This document shows positions 9,453-18,608 of a DNA stretch of 41,513 nucleotides, one piece after another; the stretch's first letter is position 1, and each line of letters begins with the position of its first letter. The notes under the pieces were generated by a model. The model was not told the DNA's origin. It saw only the letters and a list, made by a program, of their open reading frames with translations, and made no database searches. The stretch covers positions 1 through 41,513 of the forward strand of contig JAUNTK010000002.1 in NCBI GenBank assembly GCA_030538735.1. The letters run 5' to 3'. The stretch is from Pseudomonadota bacterium (lineage in GTDB: Bacteria; Pseudomonadota; Gammaproteobacteria; Xanthomonadales; Xanthomonadaceae). Both the position numbers and the translations under genes were made by a program.

Positions 9453-10211
9453 TCAACGCTTGAGCGCCGCCTCCGGTACGTCGAGTTCGACCGACAAGGC
9501 CAGATGGTCGGAGGCCGCCGCCGGTATCGCCTGACGGTTTTCGCTGTGGATGCTGGCGGTGGTCAGGATGTGGTCGATGGCGCGGTCGGGCTTCCACGAG
9601 GGGAAGGTATGCACATCGCAATCCGGTGGTTGCAGGCGGGTGCGGCGGAACAGCACATCCATTTCCGGTTGTTCGATGCGGCAGTTGAAATCGCCCATCA
9701 GCACCACGTTTTCGGCATCGCCCAATACCTCGGCGATGAAGGCGAGCTGCGATAGCCGCGATTGCACGCCAAGCGAAAGATGCGCGACCGCGATGGCCAG
9801 GCCGTCGTCGCCAGTGCCGAAGCGGCCAACCAGCAAGCCGCGCCCCTTGACCCGGCCGGGCAGGGCATGGCTTTCAATCGAGACCGGCTCCAGCTTGCTC
9901 AACAGGCCGTTGGCGCTGGAGGCCACGCCGCCGACGTTGCGGTTGGGTTGGTGGGTCCAGTGGGAAAACCCGGCGCGGTTGGCGAGGTAGTGGGTCTGGT
10001 TGGTGAAGCCGGAGCGGAAGCTGCCGGGGTCGGCCTCCTGCAGGCCAACGATGTCGTGGCGGCCGGCCAGCTCGGCGATGGCATCGAGTGCGCCGCGCTT
10101 GCCAATCGGCAGCACATGCGACCAGCTGCGCGTGGCGTAATCGCTGTAACGGCGGGTACTGCTGCCGGCCTGGATGTTGGCCGACAGCAGTTTCAAGCGG
10201 CGTAATGCCAT
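9453..10211 (-). CDS. Endonuclease/exonuclease/phosphatase (EEP) family protein
   Basis: SANIQ, DIVGLQE, VLMGDFN, AIDHIL and SDHL motifs. Confidence 0.92.
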   Translation of the reverse strand: MALRRLKLLSANIQAGSSTRRYSDYATRSWSHVLPIGKRGALDAIAELAGRHDIVGLQEADPGSFRSGFTNQTHYLANRAGFSHWTHQPNRNVGGVASSANGLLSKLEPVSIESHALPGRVKGRGLLVGRFGTGDDGLAIAVAHLSLGVQSRLSQLAFIAEVLGDAENVVLMGDFNCRIEQPEMDVLFRRTRLQPPDCDVHTFPSWKPDRAIDHILTTASIHSENRQAIPAAASDHLALSVELDVPEAALKR

Positions 10212-10220
10212 CGTGCGGGC

Positions 10221-10970
10221 TTAGTTGGCGGCGGCTGCGCGCTCTTGGGCGATCAGCGCGTTGGTGACTTGCAGCTGTTCTTGGTGGCTGCGGCCCAACA
10301 CGCGGTATTTGCCATTGATGACCAAGGTCGGGGTGCCGGTGACGCCGCTGCGCTGGGCAAACTGGAAGCCCTGCTTCAGGCGGGCGCCCATCGAGAAGCT
10401 GTTCATCGCGGCGGTCAGCGCCTCGGTATCCGCGCCGCGCTTGCCAAGGTAGGCCATGATTTCCTGCTGCGTGGCATTCGGCCGCAGGCTGCGCTGCACA
10501 TGGATCGCGTCGAACATCGCCTGATGCACCTTGTCGAGCTGGTTGGTGCTTTCGGCGGCGTAATACAGGCGCGCGGTCGGGTCTTCTTCGGAATACGGCA
10601 GCGGCACGGCGGTGAAGCGCACATCGGCACCCTGCTGCTTCTTCCATGCCTCGACCATCGGGTTGAAGGCGGCGCAATGGCCGCAGCCATAGGCGAACAC
10701 TTCGACGATTTCCACCTTGCCATCCAAGGGCTGCAACGGCTGGCCGTTGTCGATCAGGATGTAATCCTGGCCTTCCACCAGATTTTGCTTGATGCCGGTT
10801 TCGGCGCTGACCACCGGGGTGGTGTTGGTGTCGGCCGTGGCGGCGTTATCGGTGGTGGCGGATTCGGTGCTTGCCGAGGCGTCGCTGCTGGCCGGCGCTT
10901 GGTCGGCCGGTTTGTTGCAGGCGGTCAGGGCGAGGGCAAGCGGCAGGGCAACGAGGAGCGGGTGCTTCAT
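10221..10970 (-). CDS. dsbA: Thiol:disulfide oxidoreductase DsbA (copy 2), lipoprotein
   Basis: Own RBS (GGAGAAACCGACC-ATG), lipobox LTA-C, active site CGHC, cis-Pro loop GVTGTP. Confidence 0.92.
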   Translation of the reverse strand: MKHPLLVALPLALALTACNKPADQAPASSDASASTESATTDNAATADTNTTPVVSAETGIKQNLVEGQDYILIDNGQPLQPLDGKVEIVEVFAYGCGHCAAFNPMVEAWKKQQGADVRFTAVPLPYSEEDPTARLYYAAESTNQLDKVHQAMFDAIHVQRSLRPNATQQEIMAYLGKRGADTEALTAAMNSFSMGARLKQGFQFAQRSGVTGTPTLVINGKYRVLGRSHQEQLQVTNALIAQERAAAAN

Positions 10971-10999
10971 GGTCGGTTTCTCCGGGAGCAGTGTGCGGA

Positions 11000-11645
11000 T
11001 CAGCGGCGTTCGGCGCGGATTTTGGCGATCAATTGGTCGGCGATGCGGATGGAGGGCTTCTTGGTGGCTGCGGCCCAGCACGCGGTATTGGCCATCGACG
11101 ATCAACGTCGGTGTGCCTTCCACGCCCGAGGTCTTGATGAACGCGCTGGCGGCGCGCATCTGCGCGGCGACGGCGGGTGAGTTCATCGCGGTACGGAAGC
11201 GCGCGCTATCGGTGCCGTAAGCGGCGAAGAACGAGGCCAGCTCATCCTCGTTGGCATTGCCGGGAAAGCTGCGATCGGCATGGATGGCGCGAAACAGCGC
11301 CGCGTGCGAGGCGGCCGGCAGGCGCAGTTGGCGGGCGGCAAAGTAGGCGCGGGCAAATGGGTCGTTGGCCCTGAATACCGCCGGCACATAGGTGAACTCA
11401 ACATCGGCCGGCAGGCGGCGCTGCCATTCTTCGACCAACGGCTCGAAGTTGGCGCAGTGGTGGCACCAATAGCCAAATACCTCGGCCACTTCGATCTTGT
11501 TTTTGTTGGCGGCAAACGGGCGGCCGCCTTCGATCAGCACGTAGTCGGTGCCGGCCACAATCGGGCGGTCTTGGGCGTGGGCGGTGCCGATCAAGGCGGC
11601 GATGCCAAGCATGGCGGCGGTGGCAAAACGAAGCAGTGTATTCAT
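11000..11645 (-). CDS. dsbA: DsbA (copy 1). A 4-nt insertion at 11048-11051 shifts it off its natural stop (11002-11000), so as sequenced it reads through into copy 2
   Basis: Signal peptide ending AHA-Q, CHHC, GVEGTP. Removing CATC restores ...RSHQEALRIADQLIAKIRAERR*, which is colinear with the copy-2 end RSHQEQLQVTNALIAQERAAAAN*. Confidence 0.85.
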
Positions 11646-11676
11646 GGCATCACGATAGCAGGGCGGATGTGGCGGT

Positions 11677-11704
11677 AAAAGAAACGCCAGCCCGGGGGCT
11701 GGCG
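11677..11704 (-). terminator. Rho-independent terminator downstream of cytochrome c4
   Basis: Minus strand CGCCAGCC-CCCG-GGCTGGCG followed by TTTCTTTT. Confidence 0.75.
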
Positions 11705-11763
11705 CAAATTCAAGGAGCAAGGGTATGACCGCGGGCCGACGGAAAAGTTCCGTGGTTCGGGTC

Positions 11764-12636
11764 TCAGTGGGCGACCGCGGGCTCGCTGCTGGCAGCCGGT
11801 GCCGGTGCCGCGGCCAGGGTTGCCTGTGCTTCGGCGACCTGCGCGGCCGAGGGCTGATCGCCACGATCATGCAGCCCTTGGATATAGCTGGCCAGCGAGA
11901 GGATTTCCTCATCGGTCAGGTTCTTGGCCACGGTCACCATGATGTCGTGGTGGGCGCGGTCTTTGATGGCAGTCTCGCCGCTGCGGTATTCCTGCAGGCG
12001 GCGCGCGATGTACCAATCCTGCTGGCCACCGATATGCGGATAGGCCGCGCCCGGGTTGCCGACACCGGCCGGGCTGTGGCAAGCCATGCAGGCCGGGATG
12101 TCGCGGCTGGCATCGCCCACGCGGTAAATCTGCTGGCCCGGCTCATAGAACTTCTGGCCGACGTAGCGGCTGGCCGGATCGGTGATCTCGCGATCATCCG
12201 CGCTGCCGGCACCGGATTGCTTGCTGGTGAAGTAGGCACCGATGTCACGCATGTCCTGCGCGCTCAGCGGCATCGCATACGGGCTCATCAAATCGTTGAC
12301 ACGCTCGCCGCTCTTGAACAGCGCCAGTTGGCTGGCGATGTAGCGCTCACCCAGCCCGGCCAGACGCGGATAAAGCGCCGGGTCGGTGCCATTGCCGTCC
12401 AGCCCGTGGCAGGCGGCGCACGCACCGGCCTTGGTGGCGCCGGCCTGCGGGTCGCCCCAGTGGGTGGTGGCCAACTCGGCGACCGGGTTGAGCGCTGCAG
12501 GTGCGGCAGCGGCATCGATCGGGGTGGTTTCGGCCGGTGCCTGTTCCGGCAGCGGATTCACCGTGGTCTGGGCCACGGCCACGGCGGCCACCACAACGGT
12601 GACGGCTGCAATGCCAAGGATGCGGGCTGTGCGCAT
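11764..12636 (-). CDS. Di-haem cytochrome c4
   Basis: Signal peptide from MRTARILG (12636, RBS GGAG). Two CxxCH motifs (CAACH, CMACH). Divergent from engB, the usual arrangement. Confidence 0.93.
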   Translation of the reverse strand: MRTARILGIAAVTVVVAAVAVAQTTVNPLPEQAPAETTPIDAAAAPAALNPVAELATTHWGDPQAGATKAGACAACHGLDGNGTDPALYPRLAGLGERYIASQLALFKSGERVNDLMSPYAMPLSAQDMRDIGAYFTSKQSGAGSADDREITDPASRYVGQKFYEPGQQIYRVGDASRDIPACMACHSPAGVGNPGAAYPHIGGQQDWYIARRLQEYRSGETAIKDRAHHDIMVTVAKNLTDEEILSLASYIQGLHDRGDQPSAAQVAEAQATLAAAPAPAASSEPAVAH

Positions 12637-12753
12637 TGGTAAAACTCCGGAACGAGGACGCTGGCGTTCTGCTGGCGTCGAAACCGCCTGATTATCGTCC
12701 TGCCAAACGGCCCGGTCAAACCCCGGCGCGCCCGGCGTGGGTATCATGGCGCG

Positions 12754-13371
<618 letters not shown>

Positions 13372-13413
13372 CACGCCCCGATTTCGGCCTGCCGGCGCGT
13401 CTGCCGGGCGTCG

Positions 13414-13441
13414 TTGATCGGACATCGTACCTGCCTATAAT
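13414..13441 (+). promoter_or_regulatory. Sigma70-type promoter for the five-gene operon
   Basis: TTGATC(13414-13419)-N16-TATAAT(13436-13441), 29 nt upstream of ATG 13471. Confidence 0.6.
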
Positions 13442-13470
13442 CGGCTATTCCCCCGTCAGCAGGTTCTGTC

Positions 13471-14391
13471 ATGACCGTCAACAAATACAGCGAACAGTTT
13501 TTCGGCCGCAAGGTCGTGGATTTTTCGATGGGCGATTCAATCGCTGCCGGCAGCGATGTGGTGTATCGCCTGTATCAGGAGTACGAAAGCGAGGAAAGCC
13601 AGCAGGAATTGCTCAATGACTTTCTTGGCAAGATTGATCGCAGCACACTCGACGCCCTGCTGATTGGCCCTTGGAGCGAATCGTTTGAGGTATCCCCGCA
13701 GCCCTATCTGGATACGCTGATCGCCCGCCGCGCCGAGCTGCCTGCGCTGAAAGCCCTGTTCGTCGGTGACATGACTTACGAAGATTGCGAGATCTCGTGG
13801 ATCATCCAGACCCGCTACAACGATCTGCTTGATGCCTTCCCGGAACTGCACGAGCTGCGCGTGCGCGGTAGCACGCAGTTGCAGCTCACGCCGTTCACGC
13901 ACAACGTCCTGCAATCGCTATCCATCGAAACGGGTGGCCTGCCCTCGGCGATTGTCAACGCGATTGCGGCCTCGGAGTTGCCGATGCTGCGTCATCTCGA
14001 ACTGTGGTTGGGCGATGACAATTACGGTTTCGATGGCGACATCCAGACCTATGCCGCCTTGCTCAACGCAATCAAACCTGAGCGTCTGCATACGCTGGCT
14101 TTGCGCAACGCGACGATCAGCGATGGTTTGGCCACCCATATCGCGCAACAGCCGTGGTTGGGGCAGCTGCATACGCTTGATCTGTCGATGGGCACGATCG
14201 GCGATGTTGGCGCCCAGGCGTTGTTTGAAAGCCCGCATCTGGCCGGGCTTGAGAAGCTTGATGTGAGCCACCATTACATCTCGCCGCAATGGCAGGCCAA
14301 GCTCAAAACACTGCCTGTCGAGCTGGTGATGAATGACCCGCAGGATGCAGATGAGACCGATGGTGAGCGGTATGTCGAGGTATCCGAATAA
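13471..14391 (+). CDS. STM4015-family leucine-rich-repeat protein
   Basis: LKALFVGD...CEISWIIQ, then LxxLxL repeats (LHELRV, LQSLSI, LRHLEL, LHTLAL, LHTLDL, LEKLDV), and an acidic tail ending RYVEVSE. First gene of the recognisable STM4015-4011 order. Confidence 0.8.
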   Translation: MTVNKYSEQFFGRKVVDFSMGDSIAAGSDVVYRLYQEYESEESQQELLNDFLGKIDRSTLDALLIGPWSESFEVSPQPYLDTLIARRAELPALKALFVGDMTYEDCEISWIIQTRYNDLLDAFPELHELRVRGSTQLQLTPFTHNVLQSLSIETGGLPSAIVNAIAASELPMLRHLELWLGDDNYGFDGDIQTYAALLNAIKPERLHTLALRNATISDGLATHIAQQPWLGQLHTLDLSMGTIGDVGAQALFESPHLAGLEKLDVSHHYISPQWQAKLKTLPVELVMNDPQDADETDGERYVEVSE

Positions 14392-14399
14392 GCCGCCAT

Positions 14400-15530
14400 A
14401 TGCGTGAGCAAAGCGCGGGCGGGCTGATCGTGCTCGCCCCGCACGGCTCGCGGCGCGTGGCGATGTTGCAGGCGGCGTTGGCAACGGCTGGGCGTGTACC
14501 GGCCATCGCGCTGGATTACGCCAAGCTTCTCGACCGGCCCGGGCGGTTGCGCGATGCGTTGGACACGCGGCCAGATGCTTGGGTCAAGCTGGAATCGCCC
14601 GGCGAGGATGCCGCACTTCAGCACGCCCTGATCGCCCATGGGCGGCGCGTGCTGGATGTGGATGACGCGCCGTTTGAACCATTGCAGCATGGTGAGCTTG
14701 CCGAGCGCCGGGCATGGTTTGCCGGATTCAGTGGCTTGCTGCAGGGCATCGAGCACGTCTGTGTCGGCCTGCCGCTGCGCTGGGTCAACGCGCCGGCCGA
14801 TATCGTGGCGATGGGCGATAAATTGGCCTGCCGCGATCATTTGCAGGCGGCCGGGGTGAACGTGCCGGCCTTGCTGGGCAGCGGCGAAGTGCGTGATTTG
14901 GATGACCTGCTGGCGCGCTGCCGGGCGCAGCACCAATGGCAGGTTTTTCTGAAGCCCCGTTATGGTTCTTCCGCCGCCGGGGTGGTGGCTTGCCGTCTGC
15001 ATCGCGATGGCCGGATGGTGATCGAATCGGCTACCCGCGCCATTGATCAGGACGGCCGCCTGCGCTTGGTCAATTATCTGCGTCCGCAGCGCCTGCGCGA
15101 TCCCGCCGCCATCCGCCTGCTGATCGATGCGATCTGTGCTGAAGGTGCATATGCCGAGCGCTGGGTGCCCAAACCGCGTGCCGGCACGCAGGGGCATTTC
15201 GACCTGCGGCTGGTAATGCTGGCGGGCGAGCCGCGCCAGCGTCTGGCGCGTATCTCGCATGGCGCGCTGACCAATCTGCATCTGGGCAACCGCCGCGCCG
15301 ATGCGGATCAGCTGCTGGATACTGTCGCCATGGACACGATGGAAACCATCGGCCGGCAGTGCGCGGCCGCCTTCCCGGCCAGCCATGTGATCGGGCTGGA
15401 TGTGATTGTGCGCGGCCGCTCTGCGCAGGTATTGGAGGCCAATGCCTTTGGCGACCTGTTGCTGGATGTGCGGTATCAGGGCGCAGGCACGCATGATGAT
15501 CAGGCGCGCCGATTTGGGGCTATGGCGTGA
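14400..15530 (+). CDS. STM4014-family ATP-grasp ligase (RimK-like fold)
   Basis: VNAP...MGDKLAC, VFLKPRYGSSAAG, FDLRLVM, TNLHLG, IGLDV, VLEANAFGD. Confidence 0.82.
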   Translation: MREQSAGGLIVLAPHGSRRVAMLQAALATAGRVPAIALDYAKLLDRPGRLRDALDTRPDAWVKLESPGEDAALQHALIAHGRRVLDVDDAPFEPLQHGELAERRAWFAGFSGLLQGIEHVCVGLPLRWVNAPADIVAMGDKLACRDHLQAAGVNVPALLGSGEVRDLDDLLARCRAQHQWQVFLKPRYGSSAAGVVACRLHRDGRMVIESATRAIDQDGRLRLVNYLRPQRLRDPAAIRLLIDAICAEGAYAERWVPKPRAGTQGHFDLRLVMLAGEPRQRLARISHGALTNLHLGNRRADADQLLDTVAMDTMETIGRQCAAAFPASHVIGLDVIVRGRSAQVLEANAFGDLLLDVRYQGAGTHDDQARRFGAMA

Positions 15531-16366
15531 TCAACGGCGCGCATGAAGACGACCCGGCCGCGCCGCCGCTGATTGACATGGCGGCGTTGGCCGGCCGCTG
15601 TGATGTGGTCTTGATCACCCTTGATACCTTGCGTTTCGATGCCGCGAATGCGTGTTTCGCCCGAGGCGAGTTGCCGCTGTTGGCGCGTTACCTGCCACGC
15701 GCAGGTTGGCAGCAGCGGCACAGCCCGGCCAGTTTCACCTATGCCGCGCATCAGGCGTTCTTCGCCGGTTTTCTGCCAACCCCAGCGCGGCCCGGGCCGC
15801 ATCCGCGCCTGTTTGCGCTGGCTTTTCCCGGCAGCGAAACCATCGATGCGCGCACCTGGGTATTCGATGATTGCAGCCATCTGCCGCAAGGCTTTGCCCA
15901 AGCCGGATACCGCACCAGCTGCATTGGCGGGGTGGGGTTTTTCAACCCGGCCACACCGCTTGGGCGGGTGTTGCCAGCAATGTTTGAAGAAGCCTTCTGG
16001 CAGCCGGATTTCGCGGTGACTGCGGTGAATTCCGCCGAAGCACAGATCGCATTGGCCTGCCGCCTGTTGGGCGATGACGACCCGCGCCATCGGTTTTTAT
16101 TCATCAATATTTCCGCCTTGCATCAACCCAATTGCCATTACCTGCCGGGCGCGGTGGAGGACACGCTGGAAAGCCATTGCGCGGCCTTGCGCCATGTCGA
16201 TGCGGCACTTGAGCCGCTGTTTGCTGCCCTGCGCACGCGCGGCCCTACGCTTGTGATCGTCACCTCCGACCACGGCACCAGCTATGGCGACGATGGCTGG
16301 CACGGGCATCGTCACGCACATCCCACGGTGATGACCGTGCCTTACAGCCATTTTCTCTTGCCATGA
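15527..16366 (+). CDS. STM4013-family alkaline-phosphatase/sulfatase-superfamily metalloenzyme
   Basis: LITLDTLRFD, SFTYAAH, LHQP, VTSDHG, GHRH. GTGA overlap with the upstream gene. Confidence 0.82.
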   Translation: MINGAHEDDPAAPPLIDMAALAGRCDVVLITLDTLRFDAANACFARGELPLLARYLPRAGWQQRHSPASFTYAAHQAFFAGFLPTPARPGPHPRLFALAFPGSETIDARTWVFDDCSHLPQGFAQAGYRTSCIGGVGFFNPATPLGRVLPAMFEEAFWQPDFAVTAVNSAEAQIALACRLLGDDDPRHRFLFINISALHQPNCHYLPGAVEDTLESHCAALRHVDAALEPLFAALRTRGPTLVIVTSDHGTSYGDDGWHGHRHAHPTVMTVPYSHFLLP

Positions 16367-17724
16367 ACCACCACGACGCCAGCGCCGATCTTGCCGCGCG
16401 CCTCGCCCTGCCCGCCTATCAATCCTATTCGTATGCCTACCCGCACAAGACGGCCTATCGCGCACTGCAACCGCCACGGCGCTTGGCCGATGTCTGGGCC
16501 GATGAGCCGCGCGATGCGTTATTCCTCTATATCCATATCCCGTTTTGCTCGTACCGCTGCGGGTTTTGCAATTTGTTCGCCTTGGCGGTGCCCAATGCCG
16601 AGGTGGTCGAGCGTTATCTGGATCAATTGCAGGCGCAATTGCAGGCGGTGCTGCAGGCCTTGGGTGAGCATCGGTTTGTGCGCTTTGCCTTGGGCGGTGG
16701 CACGCCGAGTTATTTGAATCAAGCGCAGTTGACGCGGCTGTTTTCGATGTTAGAGGCGGCCGGTATTGATCTCGTAACGATGCCAGCGGCGATGGAGGTA
16801 TCGCCAGAAACCGTTGATATTGACAAGATGCGCTTGGCGCGTGCCGCCGGTATCGAGCGGATCAGCATGGGCATCCAGAGTTTCAATGCCGCTGAAGTAC
16901 GGCGTCTGGTCAGGCCACAGCAGAACGCGGTGGTGGAAGCGGCAATCGCCGCGATCCGCGCGGCGGGGTTTCCACTGCTCAATCTCGATCTGATCTACGG
17001 CATCGAAGGGCAGACCGTGGACAGCTTCCTGGCCTCGATCGATTCTGTATTGGTGCATCGCCCGGAGGAGTTGTATCTGTATCCGCTGTATGTGCGGCCG
17101 AAAACCGGGCTGGACAGGATCGAGGGCGGCCGGCCGCGTATCCATTTGCACCCCGAGCCGGTGGACAGCCGGCTGGCGATGTATCGCGCCGGGCGCGAGC
17201 GCCTCTTGGCCGCCGGTTACCGGCAGATATCGATGCGCATGTTCCGCGCTGCCGATGCGCCCAACCCGGATGCGCCGGCCTATAGTTGCCAACGCGATGG
17301 CATGGTGGGCCTCGGTTGCGGTGCGCGTTCGTATACCTCGCGCCTGCACTATTCCAGCGAATACGGCGTGGCGCGGCGCAGCGTGCATGACATCCTGCAG
17401 CATTGGTTGCAGCGTAACCCAGCGGAGTTTGCGCTGGCCGATTACGGCTTCGAGCTGGATGAGGACGAGCGCCGTCGCCGCCATCTGGTGCAGTCGTTAC
17501 TGATCCAACCCGGGCTGGATCGCGCCGATTATCAGGCCCGCTTCGGTGCCGATTGCCTGCAGCATTTCCCCGCGCTTGATGCCCTGCGCAGGCAAGGCTT
17601 GGCCGAGTTTGATACGGATTACCTCCAGCTCAACGCCGAGGGCATGGCCCATGCCGATGTGATCGGCCCGTGGCTGGTATCGCCGGCGGTGGCCGAGCGC
17701 ATGCGCGAGTACGAGCTGCGATGA
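16363..17724 (+). CDS. STM4012-family HemN-like radical SAM protein
   Basis: LYIHIPFCSYRCGFC, GGGTPS, RISMGIQSF, NLDLIYG, GLGCGARS, plus the N-terminal YSYAYPHKTAY motif. Confidence 0.88.
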   Translation: MNHHDASADLAARLALPAYQSYSYAYPHKTAYRALQPPRRLADVWADEPRDALFLYIHIPFCSYRCGFCNLFALAVPNAEVVERYLDQLQAQLQAVLQALGEHRFVRFALGGGTPSYLNQAQLTRLFSMLEAAGIDLVTMPAAMEVSPETVDIDKMRLARAAGIERISMGIQSFNAAEVRRLVRPQQNAVVEAAIAAIRAAGFPLLNLDLIYGIEGQTVDSFLASIDSVLVHRPEELYLYPLYVRPKTGLDRIEGGRPRIHLHPEPVDSRLAMYRAGRERLLAAGYRQISMRMFRAADAPNPDAPAYSCQRDGMVGLGCGARSYTSRLHYSSEYGVARRSVHDILQHWLQRNPAEFALADYGFELDEDERRRRHLVQSLLIQPGLDRADYQARFGADCLQHFPALDALRRQGLAEFDTDYLQLNAEGMAHADVIGPWLVSPAVAERMREYELR

Positions 17725-18593
17725 AGCGCAGCCTCTCGGTGTTGTATCGCGGCAGCTTGTCCAGCTGCAATTACGCCTGCGGCTATTGCCCTTTCGCCAA
17801 GCGCGAGAACAGTGCGGACGAAATGCGTCGCGACGCGGATGAGTTGGCGCGGTTTGTGGATTGGTGCGCAAACTGGCCGGGGCCGCTACGCATCTTGTTC
17901 ACCCCGTGGGGCGAGGCTTTGGTGCGCGCGCATTACCGGCAGGCGATGATCCGCCTGAGCCATCTGCCGAATGTCCGGCGGGTTGCCGCGCAAACCCACC
18001 TAGGGATCGCCACCGCATGGCTGGATGAGGTGAACCCGGCCAGCTTTGCGCTGTGGTGTACCTGGCACCCGGATCAAGCACCGTTGCCGGCATTCTTGCG
18101 CCGTTGCGATGCCCTGCGTCAGCGCGGCCTGCGCTTTTCGGTGGGCATGGTGGCGCTACGTGAGCACCTCGACCAGATCGAGCGCCTGCGCGCGGCGCTG
18201 CCGGCCGAGGTGCCGGTCTGGCTCAATGCCTATGACCAGCGTGGCCCCGGCTATTACCGCGATGACGAGATCGCCCGGCTGCGCGCGATTGATCGGCATT
18301 TCGATTTCAACCTATCGCCGCCGCCCAGCCGTGGCGCGCCCTGCGATGCCGGCCATGTCGCGATATCGGTGGATGGTGATGGCAATGCCCGCCGCTGCCA
18401 TTTTGTCGCCGATGCACTCGGCAATTTGTACGATGGATCGTTGCGCCTTGCCGCCGCGCCCAGCCCGTGCCCCAACGATTGCTGCGATTGCTTTATCGGC
18501 TATGTGCATCGCACCGATCTGCCGGTCGCCAAAGCCTATGCCGGTGGCCGTTTGGAACGGGTGCCCCAGCCCTCATCTATAGTGACGCTTTGA
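17721..18593 (+). CDS. STM4011-family radical SAM protein with C-terminal Cys-rich (SPASM/Twitch-like) extension
   Basis: CNYACGYC; C-terminal CDAG...VDGDGNARRCHF...LGNLY...CPNDCCDC. Start reassigned to ATG 17721 (ATGA overlap). Confidence 0.85.
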   Translation: MKRSLSVLYRGSLSSCNYACGYCPFAKRENSADEMRRDADELARFVDWCANWPGPLRILFTPWGEALVRAHYRQAMIRLSHLPNVRRVAAQTHLGIATAWLDEVNPASFALWCTWHPDQAPLPAFLRRCDALRQRGLRFSVGMVALREHLDQIERLRAALPAEVPVWLNAYDQRGPGYYRDDEIARLRAIDRHFDFNLSPPPSRGAPCDAGHVAISVDGDGNARRCHFVADALGNLYDGSLRLAAAPSPCPNDCCDCFIGYVHRTDLPVAKAYAGGRLERVPQPSSIVTL

Positions 18594-18608
18594 CCCAAGG
18601 CCCCGCCT

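Noticed and set aside
11646-11912. N-terminal 89 aa of the 563-aa ORF 10221..11912
   Set aside because: It overlaps the cytochrome c4 3' end and crosses a terminator. The DsbA signal peptide begins at 11645.
16363-17724. Annotation as hemN/hemW coproporphyrinogen III oxidase
   Set aside because: HemN-like fold only. The YSYAYPHKTAY N-terminus and operon context indicate the STM4012 family.
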